From assembly GCA_002269645.1 (NCBI GenBank), contig NIVC01004601.1:1-40957 (forward strand): 40,957 nucleotides of DNA. The letters run 5' to 3'. A program made the position numbers and the translations under genes. Positions 12,006 to 24,593 of this stretch are shown one piece after another. The notes under the pieces are model-generated. The model worked only from the letters and a program-made list of their open reading frames with translations. It was not told where the DNA came from and ran no database searches. Each line of letters starts with the position of its first letter. Within the stretch, counting starts at the first letter, position 1. This DNA is from Macrostomum lignano (lineage: Eukaryota).

Positions 12006-15000
12006 CTAAAGAACCCGAGAGGCAGATAGAGAGGTAGAGACCTGCCAACACATTCTTTAGACAGACATTTAGACAGACTCAGCCTCATTCTGTGCGGCAC
12101 CCTAACTAACGAGATCGATCAATGCTTGCCTTAAACCTTATAACACGAATTTACTCCATTTTCCAACCTATATCCTATCTAAGAACAAGCTATTCTATGA
12201 GTATGACTTCAAATTGAAGAATTTTTGCAAAAAAATAGTTTGAGGGATTGGAATTTAGCGGGTTAAAAATTTGCGGGTTTCAGCTTGTACAATATATGTA
12301 AAGTACGTTTGATATGGACGCTACATGTGCTTGTATCTGGACGTGAACTCCACTAAAAATTTAGATTCCAGCCATTGGAAAGTGTTGAAGTCTTTACGAA
12401 TTTGAGAAGTATATGAGAGTTTATGAAAATTTGAATCTGGCTAACCTGCACGTACATATATATGTACATGTACGTACATGCAAAATGCGTCTAGCCCACT
12501 ACAGCTATATACCGTATGTACATCCAGTACTTCAGGTGTCATAAGTATATGTCACTGCACGCCTTCTGCCTAAATTATGCATGCATGTACATGTATACTG
12601 AGCAACATCGAAAAGTCGCCATCACAGAAGATTCCGTCTGTGGTCGCCACTTTTGAGAGTGCAGGCCGGTAAATCTTTGTGAGTGACGCAACTCAGCTGT
12701 ACGCCGCGGCAGACTTGAGTTGAGGAATGAAGTGGGGAAGCGGTGTGCGAGGGTTGGACGGATTAAAGCTACCCTGATCAGTTTTCTCATATCTTTTAAT
12801 TTAGAAATAATCCAAAAGAAATATTGCTCACTGGCGCATAGAGTGGCGACTTTTCAATGTTGCTGATCGTATATATAGCAGTAGCAGATAAACTTCTGGT
12901 AGTGCAGCTGCAAATAATAACAATTTCTCGATCTTGCTACTATATTAAAAATAACAATAATAGCAAAAAATAACCGCAATCAATTTGGTGTCCGAGGACT
13001 CGAGACTCGAGAATTCTAGGGTAGAAATCAAAATCATGCGTTTTGAAATCGTCGTCCCATCCAAGTTCGAACGCGTCGAACTGAACGTTCGAACTGAAGC
13101 TCCACACGAGCAGCAGCGGGCAAACTCGATTAGATAGATGTCAGGTGGTAAATTGCAAAAATAACATCGAAAGCCGCAATCGATTTGGTGTCCAAGCACC
13201 TGTGACTTGAAATTTTTACATGCTTTTTCGAACTACAGATATTTATAATCGTCCATACATACTCGTTGTCGTTTAGGCCTTTGCAAGTCCATGAAGCTCC
13301 TCTCGATAACAGGGTAAGTGAAACTTGATAATTGAAGACACACTGAGTGGTAAATTGCTAAAATTATATTGACCTGTCCGCTTGTCTTCTGTTTGTTTCG
13401 TAGAATTTGATTCTACGTGTGATTCGTAGAAGCGTGTATCGTATTTCTTTATTTTCATATGCATATACCGTACTACTACTGTATTCTTTCATTTATTTTA
13501 ACAATATTCAAGTTATTTATTATTTTTTACTGTTAATTGCTTTGTTTTTGTAGCCTCGTATGTATTTATTCTATTATTTGTATTTCATTCAATCGTTATT
13601 ATTTCTCGTAAAGTAGTTCTACCTATGGACATGTACTCGTACTGACGTATGTTATTCTTGCATGATATATTTTATCGATTAATTTGTACATGTACATTGC
13701 GCGCCGCGTGGGGGGTTGTTTGTCTGGGGTTTGGATTAAGGGTGTTGTTGTTATCTGTTTACCTTTAAATATATGCTTACACTACAGTCAGCAGCCGCTC
13801 TCGCCCTTCCCCTTGCTTCGCTTCTCGACCTAGGCTCGCTAACCCTTAGCTGTGACGCTGTCTGGCCTCCTTACACCAACTCTTCCGCCGCCTACCTGGG
13901 CCACCAATAATTAGTTAATCAACTGATCCAGCAATTTTAAGTAGCACTAGTAAAAGTCTAAGGGTAGAAGCGGCTTGCCGATCTGGTAACTAATCGTGAA
14001 CTATCTAAATTAACCGCTACACAAAACCGTCTTATTCGCTTCGTCACAATTGGCCAGGGTTCAAACTTTTTTGGATTCTTCACCACACGAGAGGCTACGC
14101 ATAATTTTTCCAGATTTTTTTGTTCATCCAACTTTGCATGTAAAATTCTTCTCTCCTACTTCATTCTGATCACAGATCGTTGCTAAAAATGGCAAAAGGT
14201 AAATTTAGAAACGACTAGCTTTTCTTCCTAAAAAAGCTTTGTTAAGTTTCTTTCACGTTTTGTTTTTTCGGTATTTAGAACTAGAGCGGCAGCGGCGGCG
14301 ACGCGATCATTTTTTGTAGCGCATCGTCCACCACCGCCCGCCTGTCCTAGCGCACTAAAAAACAGCATTTTGGCAATGCAGGCAGGCTCTGTATGATGTT
14401 AAAAGCAAAGTGAAAAGTTCTCAATAGTAGGCCTAACTTTGCAACAAAATAAAAATGCTTTTTAACAATGCGGTAAACGCTTAATTAATAATTTGCTGAT
14501 ATAATATTTTAACATTTACAATCGAGCATGATGGAGTCAATGTATGCTAGGCTTAAAGCAAATTAATGACTATCCTACCTCAATCACCGTACGGTAGCTT
14601 TTAGGTTTTTAATACTCCATGATGATGCTAACCAACATTAACAATTAATATTTCAAATTTCATGTCATTATATATTGCTCTGGCTCGGGGGCCTATGACT
14701 GTCTGATTGTGATTGTATCTCCAGTGACTATGCCAACAGCCAACACTCGATGCTAATGTGCACACTTAAAGAAAATTTTTATTGCAACTTAGAAACAATG
14801 AATAGTTAATTGAAAACTTGCTATTGAAAATTGAATATTTTTATAGCTTCCATTTTTTTTAAGTTTGCATATTTAGTAGGCCTTATGCTCAACTACTATA
14901 TCTAGTTTAGCGGAATGGGCGACGCTTGCCTCCCCACTGCATCTTTGGACTGCCCTGCAGCTAACTATATCTAGTCAATGTAATAACTAATGCTATAAAA

Positions 15001-15569
15001 TAATCAGAGTACTTATAGGCATGGCAGCCGTGTCTATAATATTTGAGCTTATAAGCATGGCAATAATCATTGATATAAAATGTGTGTTCTATAGGGCTAT
15101 CTCACAAGCAATTGGTGGCTTAGTATATATATTGATTTCCTTGTGATTGCGTGCAACAAGGGTTCGTATCCCAAGTGGTCGGAGATTTTTTTTGAAATTT
15201 TTTAGCAAACAGAAATTTCAGTAATTTTTCCGCCTTGAATTTTTTCAGGCTTTTAATTAAAAAAATTTAAAATATTTTTTAATAAACTTAATTTTAAAGT
15301 GTGGACAATATGTATTGAAAAAAATTTCTTTTTCATATATAATTGCGGCTAAACTTCAAGATTTCATGTTACTCTTAAAAATTTAATTTAATTTATTTAA
15401 AAAAGTTTAAATTAAAAAAAACCTGAATGACTTTAATCGATCTATATTTTTCATCCAATTGATGATTATATACATAGCAGCCATGCCTAGGGGGGGCCTA
15501 TATTAGGCCCAAGCTCCAATATTAGAGACAGCCACCCACCATGCCTCTAAGTGTGAACCCATTCAATAT

Positions 15570-15790
15570 TAATGACACGGCTGCCATGCAAGTTTTATTG
15601 ACATGGCAACCGTGTCTCTAATAGTGACTAGGTCTATACTTATAGACATAGCGGCCATGTCTATAATGCAGAAACTTAGAGACATGGCGGCTGTGTCTAT
15701 AAGTATGGACCTAGTCACTATTAGAGACACGGCCACCGTGTCTATAAGTTTTTGCATTATAGACATGGTCGCCGTGTCTCTAAGTGTGGC
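15570..15790. repeat. Cluster of palindromic motifs and nested inverted repeats
   Basis: Repeated near-palindrome AGACATGGCGGCCATGTCT. A ~37-bp segment at ~15611-15647 is the reverse complement of ~15693-15729 (1 mismatch), and ~15657-15688 pairs with ~15738-15769. Confidence 0.85.
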
Positions 15791-18700
15791 ATAAAATAAT
15801 AAGCAAGTTTGCCAAATTAGTTATTAGGCCTATTTATATTGTTATTTAACTTTTTTATATTGAAGCTATAAAGACCTAGGCCTAATTACATAAAAATTGC
15901 TAAATTAGGAAAGACCAAGCCTAGTGAATTTAAACCCCCATCCCATGGGGGCATTCAAATTCCAATATTGTTTTTCAAATATATGACCATTTATGCTTTA
16001 CCAATTTAATTTTTTATTGTTTTAAATTTTATAAAAACACTCTAAAGCCCTAATACCATCATAGTGTAGAAGGATGTCCATATAAACCACACTCCAGATT
16101 ATGTAGTATATGCCCAAAAATTCGAGTATTCATTGGCCTTGCATGCCAAAATTAGGCATGCACAGTTGGCATGCATCACTCCTAAGAAAATAGTATATAT
16201 GCACACCTGGCATGTACTTTATAGAATCATGCTTAAGAGTTACTGTAAGCTTGTAAAAGAGCATTTAAACAAATCTTTTTGTGTATAAATAAATTTTCTG
16301 CTGTAAATAATATTGCCAAAAAGCATAAAAAGCAACCAAGCAACCAAATAATCTGGTAGGCCTAATAAGGGTCTATTACGCAATTTAAAAAATGTATTAT
16401 TGTCAGAACGTAAAAAAGGTCATTTATTGTCACAACACTGGCATATTTTTGAGAATGGGTATGCACTATACATTTTTTTGGCGTGCATTTGTAATTAAAT
16501 TCAATTTTTGTTCAGGCGTGCACCCAACATGATCCAAACTATGGTGTGTAAATAATGTAAATTAAAATTTTGGCTTGTTGTATAATAGTATGACAAGGAT
16601 TAAAAAATAGTATTATTGGTGTATGATAGGATATGATAAGAATAAATGCAAAAATAAATATAAATACAATAAAAGTGAACAAAAATTGCTCATTCTAATT
16701 TTCTAGAAAGTGCAAAGTAAAACAACAATTATGTTGTTACTTATTGACTGCACACAATGCACATTAGTTAGAAAAACAAAACAAAAATAAAAGTTTTCTT
16801 AGGCATAAATTTTGCTTTTTATTTTCGTTCATTGGTAATAGTGCCATGGTGAATGTGTTTTAAATGTGGAAATGACTTACAAACTGTAGACAGTTAATAA
16901 AAAAATACTTTGCAACATTGACTCATGTATGACTGTATGTCTGTATGATAGCTATCATATAAGTGTGGACCAACTATACAATAGTGTACAATATAGCACC
17001 CCCACAAAAAAGAGTGATGTACAATATGTATGACAGGTGATTCTTGTGTACAATAGAAATTTTTATTGTATACCCATCTTTCTGCACTATGATATGGCCA
17101 TGTGATTCAAATTTACAATTTAAATATAAAAAAACAAACTCAAAAATGTTTTTAATATATTTATATACCTATTTGCCAAATAAATCTAAGTTATAATTGG
17201 TCCTCTTAGCTATTACCATTTGCAACTATACTATACTCTCTTTAGTATATTATAAAAAAAGCACAAGATTAGTGTGCTTTAGTGCAAGATTAGTGTGCCA
17301 AGATATCTTATGGCAAATATGGTGGAGTCATGGCTTGTTACCTTGCGGTTAGGCTACTGGTTTGGGTTTTTCTTCTATTTCTGTTATCATATACTTTTAA
17401 TTTGGTAGGTTGCTGCCACTAGACTAATGTCCCTTATAATTAATGTTAACTTAAAATAAGTGAGACAAGAGTCAAATTCAAGTAAGGTAATTAGAACAAA
17501 GAAAAACAATATTATTATAAGCTAAAAATGCAAAGAAAGAAAATTACACATTAGTTCCTTATGTTAATAGATTTGGTATACTCCGATTCTTAATTAGACT
17601 AATGGTAGACTCCCTTAGTTTTCCCCATATTAGCTAATTGACTTATACTATGTTCCTATTCTTGGTAGACTCCATTTAGACTAAATGGTAGACTCCTTTT
17701 AGCCTCCCTATGCTACCCTGGACTTACCCTTAATTTCCTATGGCTAGAGAGTTATATTATTATTTCTTACGCAAGGGAAGACTCCCTTTACATTAGCTTT
17801 TTACTTGAGACTTGGTCTCTTAAATGTTGTCCTGATGGACTGTCCTGAATGGATTGTCTTAGACTGATTGTCCCAAACAGATGCTTTTCCCAAGGCTAAA
17901 CAGCTTTTTACAAATGGAGGAACCCGCTAAGACTCAAATTTTCTACAACTTTGATTATTTCCCCTAGGTTGAACTATTGATAGTAGTGCAAAAGTAAAAC
18001 TGCTTTATACTTGACTCGGGTTATTAAAATAAATCATCTTGACAAATGGGAAACTACTCGGCAAATGCCTAGCAGAACTGCTTGAACTAATCCTACAACA
18101 ATGCCACAATGGTAAAACAAGTGCCCACTGCCCAGGGCAGCTATGGATATGAGTACAATAGATAGCTGCTCTTATGGCTACAATTATAGAAATATAACAA
18201 TTGCATTCCATAGATTCTCATAGCTGTAGTTATAAATATAAAAAATTAATAAATATCAAAAATAAGTAAAACAAAACAAATACTTAGTGTGACAAACCTT
18301 TTGTAAATTAATAATAGACTTAATAATAGAATGCAATTAAACAGTTACAGATCTAGTTTCATTTTTGAGTGAGGCAGTCTAAATTTGGGGTGCCAATATG
18401 AATATGAGGCACCTGTTTTAGGATAGGAGATATAAAAATGTATATAAAAGGCAAAAATCAGGCTTAAGCATGCAAAAAAGGCATTTAAAAGCAAAAATCA
18501 AGTTTAGGGGGGTACAAACTTAGGTTTTCAGGGGGCAGAATATGTTTTGTCAAGCTATTTTAAGGTAGGGGGTTGGCCACCTTCCCTACCCCCTCTAAAT
18601 TTATCCCTGCAAATAAAAAAACAAGTTACAAAAATTTAGCAACTCAGCCAAATGACACAAAATGCTACCATTTTGAATGACTCATTCATTTCCTTCATCT

Positions 18701-19806
18701 AAGGTCCATATCTATAAAGGATAGATCATAGGCACTTTCATGATTTTCAAATGAGGCTAGAATCTATTATCTAGATTAGCACCCTTTGTAAATCAATTTT
18801 GTTAAAAATTTGATAGACATATATAAGAATAGAACACAGGTACAAAAATTAAAGATCATTGCAATTGTTGAAGTGTCCCTTAAGTTTGCATGCAATATTG
18901 TACAATACTATGAGTAAAACATTGTTTAGGATATTACAAAGCATTTTCTCAATCTCTATTATAGTATAGGCATGATTAAGTCTAAAAGCATAATGATCAA
19001 TAAGTAAAGTTTATGTAGGAAGTGAAAACAATTGACAAAAAGTAATCCTAATCCTTATCCTTATTTGTATCATCATTGGGATTAGGATCCCAATAACCCC
19101 TTGATATCCTATGTTTTTGGGATCAGGATTGGGATCTTGTCTGACCCTTTATAGAAATGTCATAGATGATTTAAGCCACTTGATGGCAGAAGGCTAGTCT
19201 AGATTGAACAAAAATCAAAATTTCTCTAGACTAGCCTGGAATAGATCTTTTATTGAACTTTCTTGTATATATTGCCTAGAAAAAGATCATATTTGTCTAA
19301 ATAAAATAAATATTTGTGGCTTGAATGTAGAAAATAAGCAAAACATATATTTGTTTATATTTGGTATTTACTATTTACTTTAAAATGACAAGTTTAAATT
19401 GAATTTCTATTCCAATTTGTAATATTTTTTTCTATTAAACTAATTCAAAATGTTTGCTATCTATATCATATAGCAAATTCTACATATTTCAAATAGAAAT
19501 TAGATTATACTTTGTGTACAAGTACTAGTAAACTATATACAAGTTTAGAAAAAACTAAAAAAACCAAAGAAAGTACTAACAACTAACAAGACTGACTCTA
19601 TAAATTGATATTATCACTATCAGATATCAATGGCTATATACTTTTTTTAAAGCAAGTGTAACAGGGCTTTTACCCCCTACTTTATCAATTTTAATCCCAC
19701 CAAATGCCACCAAGTTTTACAAGTGTTGTTCCTGTCTACTAAAGTTATCCTAATTGCACTTCTATTTTCACTCCTTAACTGTTTCTTAGAATTTCATTTG
19801 AATATA

Positions 19807-19917
19807 CTGGTAGTGTCTTATGTATTAGTCTGGTAGCATCTTATGTACTAGTCTGGTAGCATCTTATGTATTAGTCTGGTAGCGTCTTATGTATTAGTCT
19901 GGTAGCATCTTATGTAT
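19807..19917. repeat. 23-bp tandem repeat, ~5 copies
   Basis: Unit CTGGTAGCATCTTATGTATTAGT. Confidence 0.9.
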
Positions 19918-22900
19918 GGCCTGAGCGGTCTAGTACTGGTACATGAACTTATTAGATTGTCCTAGTTGGGCATTCACCAGGATTAGAGGGGCACAGCGCA
20001 ACTCTCTGAGTTTCCTTTGTATATCTCCCAATCCCTTCTCTTAGCAATTTTCTGAGCATGGTAACTCCCTCTTTCTTTAAAATGACTAACTCAATAAGGT
20101 TTTAAAGTTCATCTGAGAATATAAAATGAACGAGCTAAGAGCAAGCAAGCAGCAAGTTAGTAAGTTAAGCAAGTCTAGATGGCTATGTTTATAACAAAAA
20201 ATATTTATTGATATTATTTTGCTTAGTAAAACAAAATGGCTAGTATAATTTCTATATTGCACGCAAATTCAACATAGTTATTAATTAGCTATTTTGCTTA
20301 TACAAATCACAATAATATAACAGCATTATCATTGTAGATGTTTATTAGGCACATAGAAATACTAAAAACTTATAGGAAGTACAGGCTAGCATACAAGTTT
20401 AGGCTATATATCATTGGCTATATAGTGTTTTCTAATATAATGAATCACAAAAATGCTTAGAATATGCCTCTTTAGCCTTTGATCAGAGGACTTTGTACAT
20501 ATCATTAATAGTTTGTCCATGAGCTTCTAAATGAACAAACAAATAGGCTTCTAATAGAAGGCCCATGAGCTTCTAAAACACTTTTGGAACACTTGAGTAA
20601 AACACTTAACTAAAGTAAAAAGAACACTCAAATATATGTGTCAATGTTGCTAGCAACACTGTGAGGCTCAGTAAATGCATTTTAAACTGGGTTACTCAAA
20701 CTCATTGTGTACCTCTAAAACCTGCCAAGCAAATGGCAGAAGCTCTGAATCTTTGGGATAGCAGGCAAAATACAGTGGCTTGTCATATTGGGTTACCACT
20801 AGAAAATCTTTGCTGATGAATCTCAGCAAAGCTATCATCCAAATGAATGTGGCATACTGGCATACCTATTGTAGTTAATTCAGTTAGAACAAATATTTAT
20901 TTGAATTTCATAAAAAAACTATTTATAATTAATATAATTTTTTACCATTTTTTCAATTGTAGACAGCTTTCAGGGTGATTTAGCTGCCCTTGAAGCTAAA
21001 CATTGCTTTTCTGATTCTCTAAGCTGCTTGAATTTTGTAGCCATGTTTTTTGCTGACTTATAAACAAAAATCAGTTTCTTAATTCAAATTAAGACTCTAA
21101 CTGTAAAAGCAAGTAACATTAAACTGCCAAATAAATACTTAAAGTAGCTTAGAATATATAAATTATTATAAAAATATTAAAATAGATATGACAATACCAA
21201 TAATAAAAACCTAGTTATTTTTTTGAAGTTAGCAAAGATTTTACCTTGGTTAACTTGCGCCCTCATGGTGGGCGGCGGCCCTGGCCTCGGCCTTGTTGGC
21301 ACACCTGGTCAAATGAGCCACCACCCTCCTCATCAACTTGTATACTGTTGTTGTGTTCTCATTGTGCATTAGTGCCCTAAATGCCATAACAAACTTCATT
21401 GCTGCTCACAACTACCAAAAACTCTTCTAAAGCTAGATGATATAATTAGCCTATAAAAACTACAATTGTTTATATGAAATTCAAGAAGTCTACAAGGCAT
21501 GCTTAAATATATACATATATATGCCTATAAAAGTATATATATATTATGTGTATATATATATAAGTCAAAAAATAAGTCTGTATTACTTTACACAAGTCAT
21601 GGTTCTTGCAAAATTGGATAATAGGTCAAGCAATTTTTTTCTGCTCTAGGCAGGGCAAGAAGGTTTATAACCCATTCTCAAAATGACTCCTTAGTCATTT
21701 AGCCATTCTTTGTCATAGAGTATTTGTAAATGTCTAGGACATTATGCTTCTTCCTTGTAAATACAAAATGAGGTAGCAGTATTGATCTTAAAGCCTAGAT
21801 AATAAATAATGACAATATAATTTTTCTTTTCATTGTCTATAGTCTTGGTGTAGACAAATTTATAAACCTTTCCAACAACCACTTTATGCAACTTTCTAGC
21901 AAAGTGGCCAAAATGGCAATAAAAAGCACAAATAGCTACATTTATTATCTAACTAAATAAAAGATAAATGAACATTTCCAAAGTTGAATATCTTAAGAGT
22001 TCTAAGAGTTCTCGACCTTGCATGTCTTATTACAGTTAAAAATCCTTCCTAAGTTCTCTAGCACTTTACAGAAATCTTTATAATCAGGACAAGCCTTGGC
22101 TCAGTCTTGATAGTCTGAAACCACTAAAGTATTTGCTCCTTAGTAACTAGATTTTAGTTATAATTGCCTGGTTAAAGTGTTTAGATTGACAATACACTGG
22201 TGGCACCTAAGAAGCAATTAAGCTAAGCTTCTATTCATATCAAATTTTATACTTTAAATGTCTATCTTCAAAACTAGTATTCTAGTCATTGAGATAGACT
22301 GTCATTTAGTAGCTAATAATGTCTCAAGAAAGACAGTTTCTTTGGCTATGAAAACCTGGTTTTACAAATTAAAAGGCTTTAATGTTTGTTTGACAAAACT
22401 TTCTTTGCATAATAAAGCAAAATTTAATGGGAAATACCAAAGTACTATACAATGCTTCTATAAATAAACTTCTCACCTGCTTCAAAGAAGTATAAACAAC
22501 TTATATAGCTTCATCAAGGTGCTTAGCTCAAGATCTTATTAGATTTTTAGCGATTAGCCTAGTTATCTATGTATACCCATACCTATAGTCTATATAGGAT
22601 ATCCTAGTAGTAGCTAATAGCTTATGTATGCTATAGTCTAGATTCACTTCAACAGCTTGGAGAGCAGCATTACTATCAATAGCAAGGTGTTGACCTGACC
22701 TCAACTTGTCCTGCAACTTATACTTTTTCTTAGCAAAGTACAAGAACTACTTATATACCAATGACTTAGGGGGGGGGGTGCTTATGGGCCCATTAGCTAT
22801 GATAGCTTGCATTGGGCCTTGACTGTCTTGCATCTTATACAGAAGTGGCTAGGCAAAATTGCTTGCCATTCAGTTCTTAGCAGTTCAATTGAATGCATTT

Positions 22901-24120
22901 GCTAGCTTAATTAGACCATCTGGGAAACTGAGCAATACAAAGCTAAAAAGTGATTATTAGATTAGCCAACAGCATAGTAGATAGTTGCTACTTTTAAGCT
23001 TTTTCATAGACAAAAAATTTAATGTTTGATCTGACAAAATTCTAGAAACTTTTGGATCATCCAACTGTTTTAGGCCAGAAATGCAAAGACCTCTTTTCTG
23101 CATTTTTTAGTGAAAACATTTTTCTTTTTTCTGAGAGCATTAACATGGAAAGCATGCATTATAAAAAGTTATGTTGTTAATAGATCTTAGTTTACTCTTA
23201 TAATTGTATATTTTATTTTTTGTTTTTTTTCTTAAACAAGAAGATAAATTAAATGTTTTTTAGCAAAAAAGACAATACCAAAATAAAAATGACAATTTTT
23301 ATATAATTCATAGAGGTCTCAATGGAAGCTAAATGACCTTTTGCATGGCCTATGGCATTTTGCAAAGTTGTATTTACTATAATATATAATTGCTAGCTTA
23401 TCTAGCTATCAGCAGAACCCTATAAATTGTGGTAGGCCTATGCTTAGACCTAGGTAAGCCTAAATAGCAAAACTGATAACTTTTGTCAAAATTTAATTTT
23501 TTTACTTTTTTATAAAATTTGACAATGAATTAAATGTTTTTTGGCTAAGCAAAAAGCAAATATAGCCTTTATTATTCACTTAGCATAATTATAGACTATT
23601 AGAGGTTGCAAATGTATAATATCTGGGCTAATTGCCTTTTGGAATAAGAACTACAACTAGAATTAGAATAGGCCTAGTTCCTATAAAATAAATAAATAGT
23701 TGAATGCATTTGATATAACAATCTTTAGTGTCATTTGTATGCAATTTTAATTCTAATCTTTAGTGTTAAAGGTATCATAGATAAAAAATTATACTTGCCT
23801 CTTCATAGACCTTTATGCAGTCTTATAAAATTCTTATTGATATAATCTTTAGAAGACTTTAAATAAAAAGCAAAAAGTTAAAATTCTTTTATATAATAGT
23901 TTTCACTTACTAATTAGACTTTAAACTTGATTTGTTTAATTGATTTGATTATAATAATATTTCTCCTTAAGCCAAATAACCTAGTAACTAATTCTTATCA
24001 AAATATGTTACGAACTTTTTACTTGAAGGTTGTTGCAGCTAATTCAATTGCATGCTATACTCCAAGTTGTCTACTATATATTCTAGGGCATATAGACTAT
24101 CCAATATAGCAATGCTTTCT

Positions 24121-24593
24121 AATATGGTTTCTTTCAAAATGTGGAAAGCATATGAAATAGGCCTAGGGATACTTGTAGGCTGGCATTTATATGCCCTTGA
24201 AAATGAATTGCTCTTTATAGTCTTTGTCCATTATAATCATCTTTGTTAACAACCAACACTTATTTATTACCAAGAGATACAGAGGCATGTTTAAATTCAA
24301 TCAATATGTTGAATCTATAATCAGGAACTCTAAAAATGCCTTATAGGCTACTTCTGTATCTATATATTGTTATAAAATTTCCTTGATTTCTACCTGCTCT
24401 TTGCTAAAATATTTGTTAAAATATCCATTAGAGGTCTTAAATTGAATGTCACTCTCCTATCTCTTTTAAGGCCAGTGCACTTTAAAAAGCTGTTTGTTGC
24501 AATCAAGGATGGCCATCAACTGCACTGCTACTTATTATTTTTGTGGTAACTTTATTTCATGCAGCAATGCTTAGTAAAGTTCTTGACAAAGAC
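24121..24593 (-). pseudogene. Mutator-like (MULE) DDE transposase core, inactivated
   Basis: One minus-strand frame reads AFLEFLIIDSTY*LNLNMPLYLLVINKC...IIMDKDYKEQ...AYFICFPHFERN. This matches the MULE motifs D-x-T-Y-x-x-N...PL (first Asp), T-D-x-D (second Asp) and C-x-x-H. It has several in-frame stops, and the D-D spacing (~29 aa) is shorter than typical, implying an internal deletion. Acceptor CAG| at 24594. Confidence 0.75.

Noticed and set aside
14055-14075. CAGGGTTCAAACTTTTTTGG as a transposon terminus
   Set aside because: No reverse-complement partner found by eye in the window.
15113-15180. tRNA gene (TGGCTTAGT ... GGTTCGTATCCC)
   Set aside because: A/B-box-like words are present but I could not form a cloverleaf; at most a degenerate tRNA-like remnant.
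18370-18610. MITE ending in CCCCCTCTAAATTTATCCCTG
   Set aside because: One end looks terminus-like, but no convincing partner TIR or TSD.
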